64,000 bases of DNA from Octopus vulgaris (taxonomy: Eukaryota): positions 32,922,001 to 32,986,000 of the forward strand of contig OX597830.1 of the NCBI GenBank assembly GCA_951406725.2, in the 5' to 3' direction. Every line of letters begins with the position of its first letter. The first letter of the stretch is position 1. This document shows positions 26,311 to 39,227 of the stretch, one piece after another. Made by a program: the position numbers and the translations under genes. The notes below the pieces were generated by a model. It saw nothing but the letters and a program-made list of their open reading frames with translations, was not told the DNA's origin and made no database searches.

Positions 26311-26825
26311 AACCACAAGTGGTTTTGTCACACCTGGCTGTCCTTAAGATTGGTACTTGAAGTAGTCCAGGATAATGTTGGGTTATCACACCTATTGTTT
26401 ACTGGACAGATGAAAGCTTCCCCGCTGCCCACCTCCTGTCCACCCTTAACACAAGACATTCAATTGCTTGTTGTCATTGCAACTACCATTCCATCCCCCT
26501 GCACCGGGGCGGGGGGGGGTCCCCAACCGTCATCACACACTTTACTTAATCTCAATTGCAGGTCTTTCTTGCTTTTATTGTTGTTTTACACTCTTGTCAT
26601 CATTTTTGATGTTGTTATTGTACTTGTTGCTGTTGTTGTGGGTTGTCGGGTTGCCTGATTTGCTATCTGACTCTTCCCACTTCGTTTTTTTGGTTGTCTT
26701 GTCATGTCCGCGGAATTGAATGACTTAACAGAACACCTGCAAAGTCTGCCCTCATGCGAAAGAATCTCATTTGGGTTAATGGTGGTGGCATTAGAGACAT
26801 TGGTGGTTAGGTGAGCATGATGGAA

Positions 26826-27588
26826 GTGTGCGTGTGTGTGTGTGCCGTGTGTGTGTGTCGTGTGTTTGAGTGTTTGTGTGTGTATGTGTGTGTGTATGTG
26901 TGTGTATATGTGTGTGTGATTGCGTGTGGGTTTGCATGGGATTGTGTGTGTATTTGTGTGTGTGTGTGTGTTTGTGTGTGTGTGTATGTGTGTGTGCATA
27001 TGTGTGTTTTTGTGTGCATGTGTGCATGTATGGGTGTGTGCATGTGAGTGTTAGTCTGTGTGCTTACGCATGTTTGTGTGTGTTTGTGTGCATGTGTGTA
27101 TGTGTGTGCATGTGCATGTGCATGTGTGTGTGCATGTGTGTGTGTGTATGCATGTGTATGTGTGTGTATGATTGTTTATGTGTGTGTGCATGTGTGTGTA
27201 TGTGTTTGTGTGTATGCATGTGTATGTGTGTATGTTTGTTTGTGGGTTTGTATATGTGTGTGTTTGTGTGTGTATGTGTGTGTATGTGTTTGTGTGTATA
27301 CATGTGTATGTATGTTTATGCTTGTTTATGTCTGTGTATATGTGTATATTTGCGTGTGCATGTGAGTATGTGTGTGCATGTGTGTATACATGTGTATGTA
27401 TGTGAGTGTATGTTTGTCTGTGTGTGTGTATATGTGTGTATTTGTGTGTGCACGTATCTATGTGTGTGTTTGTGTGTATACATGTGTATGTATGTGTATG
27501 TATGTATGCGTGTGTGTATGTTTGTGTGTGTATGTGTGTGTGTTTGTGTGTGTTTGTGTGTACATGTGTGTGTGTGTGTTTGTGTGTC
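26826..27588. repeat. Long imperfect (TG)n-rich tract
   Basis: Direct inspection. Confidence 0.9.
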
Positions 27589-27684
27589 TACATTTCATTT
27601 TATGTTCATTTCAAATCATATCTATCGATCTATCTATGTGACTGTCTATCTGTCTTGTGTTTTTTTGTGTGTTGTATCTATCTG

Positions 27685-27732
<48 letters not shown>

Positions 27733-27933
27733 ATCTATCTATCTATCTATCTCCATATCTCTCTGTCTATCCATCCGTCCATCTGTCTGTCCATCCATCC
27801 ATCTATCTATCTATCAGTCTATCTATATCTCTATCTCTCTATCCTTCCATCCATCCATCCATCCATCCATCCATTCATTCATCCATCTATCTATCTGTCT
27901 ATCTACCTACCTGTTTAGCTATCCATTTATATA

Positions 27934-28130
27934 CAGTAATCCTTCACCATACCACGGTTCACCTATCGCAGTTTATTATTTAAGCTTACGTCAATTTCTC
28001 CATAGTATTGGTTTGCATTTATGATAAAACAAATATATGCAAATTATAGAAATAAATTTTAAAAAATACAGTACAGTACTGTTTCTACTTAGCAGATTTT
28101 CACTTGTCATTGGGGTTTTGGAACGTAGCA
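27934..28130 (+). mobile_element. Tigger/pogo-like non-autonomous DNA transposon fragment
   Basis: Starts TA|CAGTAATCC. A homologous second copy lies at 57208-57405. Confidence 0.6.
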
Positions 28131-28461
28131 CCAACAATTGTTGAGAGATTGCTGTTTCTATCTGTTTGTTTATCGTTATCTCTCTTTCTTTCTTTCTCTC
28201 ATGTATACATAGATACAAAGACTTTTCAATTCCTGATCATAATACTAATACGTCTGTTTGTCTTGTACACCACCTGTCTTCGTCTTTTGCTTTATCGTGA
28301 ACTCTCCCCCTATATATATATATATATAATAATACTGTAATAATAATACTGTAATTGTTCCACTGTTGTTGTTTTTTTTTGTTTTCCCGTTTGGATTAAA
28401 ATTATATATATATATATATATGTGTATATATATACATATATATACATATATATACATATAT

Positions 28462-28519
<58 letters not shown>

Positions 28520-28728
28520 GGGGAAGGTTTACGAAAATAAACAAACGATGAAGGCAGGTGGAGTACAAGACAAACAGATATATTAGTATGGCACTCAGGA
28601 ATAGAAATAGAACAAGTCTTTTACGTTTCGAGCCTATGCTCTTTGACAGAAAGATACACAGAAAAAAAACAAGGAAAGAAACAAAGAGAGAAAAAAAATG
28701 CGTGTAGGAGCTAACGGTCTATCATGGC
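28520..28728 (-). mobile_element. Penelope-like pLTR/non-autonomous repeat with degenerate minimal hammerhead motif
   Basis: Minus strand TCTTT-CTGTCAAA-GAGC-ATAG-GCTC-GAAACGTA-AAAGA. Related pieces at 28218-28310 (+) and 43810-43985 (-). All abut (TA)n. Confidence 0.6.
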
Positions 28729-28789
28729 ATATATATATATATACACACACATACACACATATATAATAACAACTTAAAAAGCATTTGTA

Positions 28790-29070
28790 CTGACCCCATG
28801 TAAAAAGCACCCAAGCTGGTGTCACATAAAAAGCACCTGTGGTGGCTCACATAAGATGTACTTGTGCTGGTGCCACATAAAAAGCACCCATGCTGGTGCC
28901 ATATAAAAAAAACACCTATCCTGGTTCCACATAAAAAGCACCCAGCCCACTCTGCAAAGTGGTTAGCATTAGGAAGAGCAACCAGCTGTAGAAATCTTGA
29001 CAAAACAGCCTGCTACTGTCAAACTGTCCAACCCATGCCAGCATGGGAAATGTATGATGAATGATGATGA
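28790..29070 (+). mobile_element. RTE 3' end with about 6 units of the 26-bp UTR repeat
   Basis: (GGTGCCACATAAAAAGCACC..)n followed by GCATTAGGAAGAGCAACCAGCTGTAGAAA..CCCATGCCAGCATGG. Confidence 0.75.
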
Positions 29071-29084
29071 CATGTATGTGTGCT

Positions 29085-29137
<53 letters not shown>

Positions 29138-29297
29138 GTGCATGTGTGTATGTATATTTATGCATATATATGTACATGTATATATGTATTAGTTATTCAA
29201 TGATGTCACTAATGGTTGAATGAATGAATGTCGTAAGTTGAATTTGATTGCAGTGTTTCTTTTTGTTAACATTTATTAACTGCGAAAATTGTTTTAG

Positions 29298-29672
29298 ATC
29301 ATCATCATCATCATCATCGTTTAACGTCCGTTTTCCATGCTAGCATGGGTTGGACGGTTTGACCAGGGTCTGGGAAGCCAGGAGGCTGTACCAGGCTCCA
29401 GTTTGATCTGGAAGTTTTTCTACAGCTTGATGCCCTTTCTTACGCCAACCATTCCGTGAGTGTAGTGGGTGCTTTTTACGTGCCACTGGCACAGGTGCCA
29501 GGGGATGCTGGCAACGGCCACGATCGGTTGGTGCTTTTTACATACCACCGGCACGGAAGCAAGTCAAGGTGGTGCTGGCATCGACCACGTTTAGATGGGG
29601 TTTTTTACTTGCCACTGGCACGAGTATCACAACTACAATTTCCATTTGATTTTATTTTGATGTTGATGTACC
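29298..29672 (-). mobile_element. RTE-tailed element, adjoining a SINE A 3' half (29675-29870)
   Basis: (CAT)n-CGTTTAACGTCC tail. Its 5' part matches 57440-57500. Confidence 0.8.
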
Positions 29673-29840
29673 ACCCTTTAGTTGAAGAAATTGACCCTTG
29701 AACTTATTCCCTGAAAGCCTGGTGATTATTCTGTTAGTCTCTTCTGTTGAACAGCTAAATTACAGGGATGCAAACGCACCAACATCGGTTGTCAAGCAAT
29801 GGTAGTGGTGGGACAAACAAAGACACAAACACATATACAT

Positions 29841-29871
<31 letters not shown>

Positions 29872-30148
29872 ATTAATAATGTCAAAGAGTAATCAGAAAT
29901 ATTTGAAATTTCCATTACCAGTGGCCTAGTGTGTAAAATTTTAGTCAATAGACTATATATTATATAAATACAGTGTACATTTAAACACATAAGAGGTATC
30001 CATCATAGGATTCCTTGCATGCTAGAGAGGACAGTTAAATTCCAAACCACTATTAGGGATAAAATTTCAAAGGGAATGAAAAATAAAAACATTTACCATC
30101 TAACTCCTGGACCAATGGTTTCAGACTTATTTTAGCAAATAAAATAAT

Positions 30149-30900
30149 TTGCTAGGCAAAGTCTGCAGTCTTGCTTATGTGTCCAGGCAACCCTTTTCAG
30201 GGATAGAACTGCCTTCCCCACTTGAGGAAGGGCCTAGAAAATGTGGCTCAGAAATAGCTCATCCTCACTTGCTCGACTGGGTAACAGCATCCAGTGAGTC
30301 ATCCTCAAATATGCAGTCTAAACTAAGCATCAAAAGTGAAAAAGAAATCCTCAAACCTCATTCTTGAATGTTGGAATGTTCGTACCCTCCTTGATGACAT
30401 TTCACATAATGAACCGGACACTCAACGACCACCCTCACAACACACTGCTATTGTAGCCATGGAACTCAAGCACTACAACGTCGACATTTCTGCACTCAGT
30501 GAGACTCATTTCTCCAATGAGGGTTCCCTCACTGAAGAAGCTGGTGGATATACCTTCAGGAAAAGACATCCCTCTGGGATGCCCGGTTTGCATGGGGTTG
30601 GTTTCACAATCAAGAACAGCCTATTGCAGAAAATTCTTGGAGTACCCTCCTGTATCAGCGAGCGCCTGATGACAATCAAAATTCCACTTTCGAACGTTTA
30701 TGGACCAACTCACGACTCTGATGAAGAGATGAAAGATGCCTTCTATGATTCTCTGCATACTGCATTTCGGAACATCTCCTGATCAGACAAAATCATACTC
30801 ATAGGTGACTATGACTCTCGTGTTGAATGTGACAGTACTGTCTGGCAAGGAATCCTTGGTCCTCATGGCACAGGGAAAAAAAGATAATGGACAGAGACTA
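30149..30900 (+). pseudogene. RTE-clade LINE 5' fragment: putative 5' UTR and APE-type endonuclease domain
   Basis: ORF 30336-30782: CWNVRTL..ELKHYNVDISALSETH..GYTF..HGVGF..SERLM..VYGPT..KDAFY. It continues past a TGA as DKIILIGDYDSRV..GPHG..NGQRL. Confidence 0.9.
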
Positions 30901-31430
30901 CTTTCCAGGAAGTAACTTACCTCTGAAAATTCAAGGAAGTAATTCTTCCCCCTGCTCGGAATTTTCCAGGAAAGCCCATCGGAACTTTCCAGGAATTAGT
31001 TACTTGCATTCCTCGGAACTTCACAGGAAGTAATTTCTCAGCACCCTCAGGAAGTACCCATCCTCGGAATTACTATGAAGTCTAATCATCGGAAATTTCC
31101 AGGAAGTCTTATCCTCGAAAGTTTCCATCCTCGGAACTTTCCAGGAAGCCCTTGGAATTTTCCAGGAAGTCACATCCTCGGAAATTTCCATCCCCGGAAC
31201 TTTCCATGATGTCCTCGGAATTTTCCAAGAAGTCTCATCCTCAGAACTTTCCGTCCTCGGAATTTTCCAGGAGGTCTCATCCTCGAAACTTTTTATGAAA
31301 TCCTCGGAATTTTCCAGGAAGTTTCATCGACAGAACTTTCCAGGAAGTCTCATCGTCGGAACTTACCATCCTCGGGACTTTCCATCCTCAGAACTTTCCA
31401 GGAAGCCTCTCTTCTCATGCCATCCTCGGG
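30901..31430. repeat. Imperfect tandem array of CATCCTCGGAA(C/T/A)TTTCCAGGAAG motifs
   Basis: Direct inspection. About nine exact TTCCAGGAA copies. Confidence 0.9.
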
Positions 31431-31431
31431 T

Positions 31432-31555
31432 CAAACATCTGACATGGAAATCTGTAGTATTGTGCAGAATATTTGCTATAGCCCATCTTTTATACCAAGA
31501 CAAAACAATGTACATGATAACACGGGAGCCACTGCCTGGTCCTGCACCAGGGCAA
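31432..31555 (-). mobile_element. 5' fragment of the R4-associated non-autonomous element
   Basis: Matches 54610-54761 with an internal deletion. Abuts (TTA)n. Confidence 0.75.
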
Positions 31556-31582
31556 ATTATTATTATTATTATTATTATTTTT

Positions 31583-31738
31583 CTGTAGTTTTAATTTTAT
31601 ACCGTGCTTTCACTTCACCACCGAGTGCAGCTCTGTGTACCTTGGGTATGTGCTGTGGTTTACTGTGATACTCTTATGGTTACTGTATTGAAAGTATTTT
31701 GTGTAGGATGTGTGCAGTGCCCAGTAGTGCAATTTTCT

Positions 31739-31742
<4 letters not shown>
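31583..31742 (-). pseudogene. R4/Dong-type LINE 3' end (second lineage)
   Basis: IQKIALLGTAHILHKILSIQ* plus 3' UTR, flanked by (TTA)n on both sides. The same UTR recurs at 54103-54183. Confidence 0.8.
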
Positions 31743-31809
<67 letters not shown>

Positions 31810-31810
31810 T

Positions 31811-31984
31811 AAGACGTTGCACAGTATCCAATATCATGATGTTATTGATTGAAGATAACAAGAACGTCAGTGAGACAGTACTTTATGCAACATATGTACA
31901 GTACCAAGATAATGCCGTTTTTTTCAGATTGTAGGGTATTTCTAAAGTTTCCAGATGTTTTTCAGGTTGGGAGGTATTGAAACC
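31811..31984 (-). pseudogene. R4/Dong-type LINE 3' end (third copy)
   Basis: SIPPNL..HLETLEIPYNL..GTVHMLHKVLSH*. Close to the 60330-60515 copy in coding sequence but with a different UTR. Confidence 0.7.
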
Positions 31985-32150
31985 AGTGTGGGTTTCAGTC
32001 AATTAGATCGACTCCAGTACACAACTGGTACTTGATTCATCGATCTTGAAAGATGAAAGTCAAAGTCGAACTTAGTGGAATTGGTGGCAGACGAAATACC
32101 GCTAAGCATTTCGCCTGGTGTGCTAACGTTTTTGCCAGCTCGCTGTCTTT
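31985..32150 (-). mobile_element. SINE family D copy
   Basis: Reverse complement of the 54852 family (GCTGGCA..GTTAGCAC..AAATGCTTAGCGG). Confidence 0.75.
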
Positions 32151-32545
32151 AAAATAAGAAATATTACAAGTAGGGTTGGTTGTCGTTCATTCATTTTTTG
32201 ATGATTCATCTTGAATTGTCATTAGTTGTATGGGCTCTGTTATATATTAATTCTCCCCTGGACAGTAGGATCTACAAAACTCACCTCAATGAAAGCTCTC
32301 ACCCCTCTGACTCGTAAATAATTTGTTGCACCAGTTTATGGAAAAAAAGGGGGATCTAGGACACATATGAATTAATTTTTTGAAATATATTATACGCAAC
32401 ATGATTGGACATTCGATACAATTACCACTCGACATGCAACTAATCACAACATAAGGCTCAATAGGTATTTTAGCCAATCACAACAAAGTAACATGGTGAG
32501 CCTGTATAACCCAAATTTAATCTTTTAAAATATGCAGTAATGTGT

Positions 32546-32715
32546 TTGTGCCATGTAAAAAACACTAAGTCCACTCTGCTGGATGGTCTGTGCAGCAAAA
32601 ATCCTGCCAAAACAGTCACAGAAGTCCAGTGCAGGCTTTTGCCTTGCTGGCTCCTATCAAACCATCCAACACATGCCAGCATGGAAAGCAGACATTAAAT
32701 GATGATGATGATGAT
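32546..32715 (+). mobile_element. Diverged RTE 3' end
   Basis: CCATCCAACACATGCCAGCATGGAAAGCAGACATTAAAT(GAT)n. Confidence 0.7.
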
Positions 32716-34284
32716 GGGGGTGGTGGTGAATGCAAATTGGTCTTGCTACAAAGACATTTGGCTATGTACTCCAGTGACTTTTGTCAGACATCATTTGCAA
32801 AAACTCTTGGTTTCTAAAGCAAAAACAGTGAAATGTTTGGTACTTGAAATATATTTTAGAGATCGAACTGTTTCTTGTGGAAAAATTCCATGACTTTTGG
32901 AACAGATTGAATAGCCATATAGTGGCTCTTTCTCAGGCTTGTGATACTCCGATGATCAATGTCTGCGATTATAATATTGTTGGCAAGGCAGAGAGAAAAT
33001 CTTAAGACATAGGAATGGCACTAACAAGAAAACTGCTCTTCACTGATGTGAATGGTTTTACTCATGATGGTGATGATGAATAAGATAATAGGAATGGTAT
33101 TTATAATCCTGCTGCTAACTACTTGATAATGCTAACGATTATGGTGGTGGTATAGGTAAGAAATTAGGTATGATATTTACGTCTATCTGTTTTTATTAAT
33201 CTATTTGTGTACATACTTGTCCAACAATAACAATGAAAATGATGACATTGATGATGGTAATGACAACGGTAGTAATGACGATGGCAGAGAAAGTCTATAA
33301 TGACAATAATAACAGCAATGACCAATTATAGATGGCTCTTCTGCTGCAACGAGAGGAATTGCAATAACAACAAGAATAATGATAAAGAGTGGCAACAAAT
33401 GAGAAACAATGCAATTTTTTTTTTCTTCTTTCATTAGCAAAACGAAATAAACGTATGTATTGCATTTTGAAACCATCAACAATGTTTTTGTATCGAATAA
33501 CCATCATGTTATGGTGGAGGAGACAATAAAAAACGTAGATGTTGTTGATTTTCTTTCTTTCTTTCTTTTTTTTATTATCATTATTATTAGTGTTTTTGTT
33601 TTGCTTGGGCCATCTCCACTAATGAAACTGGAGTCGATGCCAACAGCAACAATGGCTGCTCTAGAATCTGAAACCTGATTTCATAGATTGCGCTATCTGA
33701 AATCAAAAGTGGATTACATCGAGGCATTGTTAAGTTATCAATACCCGCAAGATATTTCCACAGAAGCACAAAACCAACAACGAACAACAATGGCAACAAA
33801 ATAATAAAAGAAAAGAAAGAGGAAAATTGATGATGGATACATAATTGATATTAATACCAGAAAAATAGATAATTGTTCTTTTTTAGAGAGAATGGATCTT
33901 TCTAGCTAAGAGGGAGCTACTATCATAGACAAATCTATTATTTGAGATTTTTTGTTTTGTTTGTTCCATACAATGCTTTGTTATTGTTATTATAGTAATG
34001 TTTTCTCACACTTTCTATTTGTATGTGATTGTCTTTGTGTGTGTGCGTATGCGAGCGTATGTGTGTGTATGTGTGTGCGAGTGAATTTATTTTCCTATTT
34101 ATTTATGTGTAACTTTCTCGCTCTCACTTTTCCTTCTTCTTTCACTTACTTACAATTTATCTTCATCTTTTACTCTCCAGCCATATCTCATTCTCCATCT
34201 CTCTCACTTTTTCTTACCCATTTCTCTTCCACCCCTCTCTCTCTTTCTATCTCTCTGTCCTTCCCACATATAACTGTATATATA

Positions 34285-34343
<59 letters not shown>

Positions 34344-34491
34344 GTAGGTGTGTTTATCCAACTTTCAGTCTGTCTCCTCACATATTTATCTTTTTACCTG
34401 CCTGCATTCCTGTTTTTGTTATGTCGGCTGCTATTTTGTCCATGACTCCCTCTCAGTCTCCACAAAGCATATATATGCCGTATTTTGGATA

Positions 34492-34529
<38 letters not shown>

Positions 34530-34945
34530 TGTCATCTAAGTGGCATTTTAAATCAATGCATCATATAATCCAGTGGACAGTAATACGAAAGTTAAGTGAG
34601 AGAATAACAGATGAAATCTTCATTGTCATCATCGTCGTTGTCGTCGCCATCGTCGTCGTCATCATCATCATCATTATCATCATTCATATAATTCCTTCTC
34701 ATTAGAAGCAGTTGAGTTGGTGCAAGGCTAAAATGGTAGCACAGAAGCCTAAGGTTACATAGTTCAGTGCCTCACATTTCTGAGTTTTATAGTATCCAGT
34801 TCACTGATTCATGTTTCTAAAATGGTAATTCAATGATAGAATAAACTATTGATCTTTTAGTTGTGAATTTGAATTTGAATCTTTAGCAGTAATGGAGATT
34901 TCCTGCTTTATCTTCTCTTGAAGGAAGACATACATACATACATAC

Positions 34946-35021
<76 letters not shown>

Positions 35022-35531
35022 GTATGTATATGTATTTATATGTATGTAAACAAATCCTGCTTTGAGAAACCCTGATAAAAAATAAGATACTAAGGCTCTT
35101 CTGTTCAAATAAGAATCCGATTGTAAAGCGGATGGACTTAGTAATTTAGTAAGCTACTTATCATCAGGATAAACTGCTATTTTATGCTAGAACTGCTGTC
35201 AAATGTCTTATCTAGCTGTCATTAAGCCATTGGGATGGCAGAGTAGTTAACTTAAAATTCATGCACCATTTCTCTCAAAAGTAATGCATCAACAGGGTGC
35301 TATATAACCAGTTTGAACAACAGGCACCGTCACTATGACAGCTGGATTTGGATGGGTTTTGAAAGCTAAAAGATTTAAGGTTTAAAAGTTGTTACAAGCG
35401 TTATGTTATTCTACTTCATAACACGTATTATTTTGTTTATTAGGACTACCCAAGTGGAAAATTGGAAGAAATTCTGAACAAACTGGATAGCAGAAATGAG
35501 TGTCACAGAATTCCACACAAACAGACAATAT

Positions 35532-36665
35532 AGGCACAGGCGTGGCTGTGTGGTAAGAAGTTTGCTTCCCAGCCATAGGGTTCTGAGTTCAATTCCACTG
35601 TGTGGTACCTTGGGCAAGTGACTTCTATTATAGCCGCAGACCGACCAAAGCCTTGTGAGTGGATCTGGTGAACGGAAACTGAAAGAAGCCTGTCATATAT
35701 ATGTGTGTATATGTATATGTGTGTGTGTGTGAGTGTGCGTGTGTGAGCGTGTGTGTGTGTGTGTGCGCGTGTGTGTGTGTGTGTGCGTGTGTGTGTGTAT
35801 GTGTGTGCCTTATTTCACGTTGCTCCAGTCTACTCAGCTGGCAAAAATGAGTAGTACCTGTATTTTAAAGGGCCAGTCTTGTCACACTTTGTACTTCACT
35901 AAATCTCCCTGATGACTATGTTAAGGGTACGCATGTCTGTGGAGTACTCAGCCACTTGCAAGTTAATTTCAAGAGCAGGCTGTACTGTTGATGAAATCAA
36001 CTGGAAGCTTCAATGTAACTGATGAAGTACTGGCATTGGACTGCAACGATGCTGGGGGCACAACCTCAAGGGGATAAGTCAAACAAATTAATCTCAGTAC
36101 TTAAGGGTCTGCTTTTTTGTTATTCATTTTATCAGTCTCTTGTGTCAAATGCTAAGTTAGAGGTATTTAAGCAATGGTAGGAGGACAAAAAACAAATACA
36201 CACATACAACAGGCTTCCATAGTTTCTATCTATCAGACCCATCTACAGTACAGTAAAAGACACTTGACCTTTTCCAACCATATGGTCCCAGGTTCAGTTT
36301 CATTCTGTGGCACCTTGGGCAAGCGTCATCTTCTATAGCCTTTAGCTGACCAAAGCCTTGTGAATGGATGTGGTTCCCAGAAACAGAAAGAAGCCCATTG
36401 TATATATGTATGTGTGTGTGTGTGTGTGCATGCGTGTGTCCATCTGTTTGTCTGTCTATATCAGTGTTTATCCCCACCACCACTTGACAACCAGTGTCAG
36501 TGTGTTTACATCCCTTTAACTTAGCAGTTCAGCAAACAAGAAAGATAGAACAAGTACCAGGCTTAAAAATATGTTCCGGTGTTGATTCACTCAACCAAAA
36601 ATTCTTCAAAGCAGTTCTCCCTCATGGGTGCAATCTAACGGCTGAATCAAATAAAGGACAGAGAA
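35532..36665. mobile_element. SINE cluster: SINE A head (+, 35532-35700), SINE C 3' part (+, 35808-36010), decayed SINE A (-), SINE A (+, 36270-36665)
   Basis: Matches to the intact family members elsewhere in the window. Confidence 0.75.
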
Positions 36666-36967
36666 TAAATCTTGATTGAGTTTCTACGGTATGCAATATT
36701 GAAGAATACATTTGGCAGCCACTGGGCCATAGCTGAATTGTCTTCTCTGTATGGTCTTTGTTGTTTTGAACATAACAAATCTCTACTACTTTCATAGAAA
36801 TGTATCCAACACATTTTTATATGCTCTCAAGTGTCCTTAAAAATCATTGACTTTCAAACTAAGCACTTTATCCACATCTTATTCTTAGAGCTGCAACCTT
36901 ATGGAACTCCCATTCTCCTCAAATACTCATTACCAACAATTAAAATTGAGCATTAATTGCTTAAACC

Positions 36968-37019
<52 letters not shown>

Positions 37020-37227
37020 ATATATATATATCTATATATATATATATATATATATATCTGTCTATTTATCTGTCTATGTGTCTGTCTATCTATCTGTTTA
37101 TCTATCCTTCTATCTGACTATTTATCTGTGTATCTATTTACCTATCTATCAACGTATATATGTATGTGTGTGTGTGTATGTATGTATATATGTATGTAGG
37201 TATGCATGTATGTATCTATCTACCTAC

Positions 37228-37297
<70 letters not shown>

Positions 37298-37473
37298 GTC
37301 TATTTATCTGTCTATCTGTCTGTCTATCTATCTGTTTATCTATCCTTCTATCTGACTATTTATCTGTGTATCTATTTACCTATCTATCAATGTATATATG
37401 TATGTGTGTGTGTATGTATGTGTGCATATGTATGTATATATGTATGTAGGTATGCATGTATGTATCTATCTAC

Positions 37474-37531
<58 letters not shown>

Positions 37532-38943
37532 GTGTGTGTGTGTGTGTGTGTATCATTCCAGTAGGAAGTTCGGAAATCTGTGGATTCCACTCTACTTAAA
37601 CCAACGAAGAAGAAGAAAAAGAAAGCAATGCAAAATTTCTAACAGAATACAACCCTATCTGACCAATATCTTCACCTAAGATCCTTAATTCAAATAATAA
37701 GTCTTTGAAACTGGTAGCATGAAGAATTGTAAAAACTTCAAATCCTTAATCAGAAAGTCACCAGTTCTGTGTAATTCAACTGTGATAGAATTAAATGATT
37801 AGTTTCTATTTCATATGTTGTTTTAACATTCGCATGCCGCTCTGCAAATATTATAGAAACGGCACAAGAATCATTGCTGTACACTTGGACTTTCACTTAT
37901 TTGATTAACCAATGCCAAGTCACTCAACTCATTACAACGACTGTGACATGAAAATGGCTGCATCAGCCTGCAGGAGATGTTTAATGATGAAATCCAAGAA
38001 ATTGGCACTGCTAATAAGAGAGTAATTACCTGCAATGTCTAATCAGCTCGGCAGAATTACATGCACCCATTTATTCAATTAATTTTTCCCGTCTATTTAT
38101 CTACTTACCTACTGTTAGCTTCATTTCCTTCCTCTTTGATTCAGTTCATTGGTGGGCCAGCTTCCTAATGAGAATACTTGTATTGTGTTGAGAGATATTC
38201 ATCCCTTAACCACACTCCTCGACTCCTTGATCATTTCCTCTTTCTCTTTTTCTACCTGAATGATTCCATTTGAGATCTCCAAGCCTTCCACCCAACTCAC
38301 CTACCACCCTCTCCCTTGCTTGCTTCTTTCTTACACTCTGCTCTTCTGCCCTTTAGCAATTAGCCATTTTTCAGCTTTTCTCACCATACCATACCAAACT
38401 ACAACATTCAATCTTTGCTCTGGTTCTGTGTTTACCATTCTCCCAGTCTCTAATTATTTATCATTCCGAGACAGTTGGTATATTTCAACTAGATGAAAAT
38501 TCTTCAAAGGTCAGAGAGTAGTAAAGCTGGAATCAATTTATATCTAGTTTCAGGATTTGGTACATATAGGGGCGATACCATTATTGAAGAACTTTACTTT
38601 TGTTTCAGAAACTTTGGAACAATTCCACTGAGGAATTATACTTTGTAAAGCAATATTACGTTCCTTCAGTACTGTCTAGGTTTAAACTATCTCACAGGAC
38701 ATAAAGATTTGGCACTCAGACTTTGTGTGTAAGCATGTATACACATTAAATAATAAAGAATGTGTAACTTTATACTCACAAACATATACATAAAAACAAC
38801 TCTGCTTTTGTCAAAAATATCAATGCTTTTGGTGTGTATTGAAACAGGTTCAGTATTTTGTTGCAGTGATTATAATTTATTCTACTGTGACATTATTTGG
38901 TGTTACTGCCTTAATGTTAGAGGTAGGTAATGTTTTTCCCCCC

Positions 38944-39151
38944 TCTTTTACTCTTTCACTTGTTTCAGTCATTTGACTGTGGCCATGCTGGAGCACCGCC
39001 TTAAGTCGAGCAAATCAACCCCAGGACTTATTCTTTGTAAGCCTAGTACTTATTCTATCAGTCTCTTTTGCCAAACCATTAAGTTATGGGGACGTAAACA
39101 CACCAGCATCGGTTGTCAAGTGATGTTTTGGGGACAAACACAGACATACAA

Positions 39152-39227
<76 letters not shown>

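Noticed and set aside
26870-28024. Longest ORF (384 aa) and the other VC/YI/TH/poly-I/poly-M ORFs
   Set aside because: Pure translations of dinucleotide, trinucleotide and tetranucleotide microsatellites.
33686-33805. Protein-like read LRYLKSKVDYIEALLSYQYPQ after a CATAG
   Set aside because: Weak acceptor, no recognisable domain, and the alternative frame is equally open.
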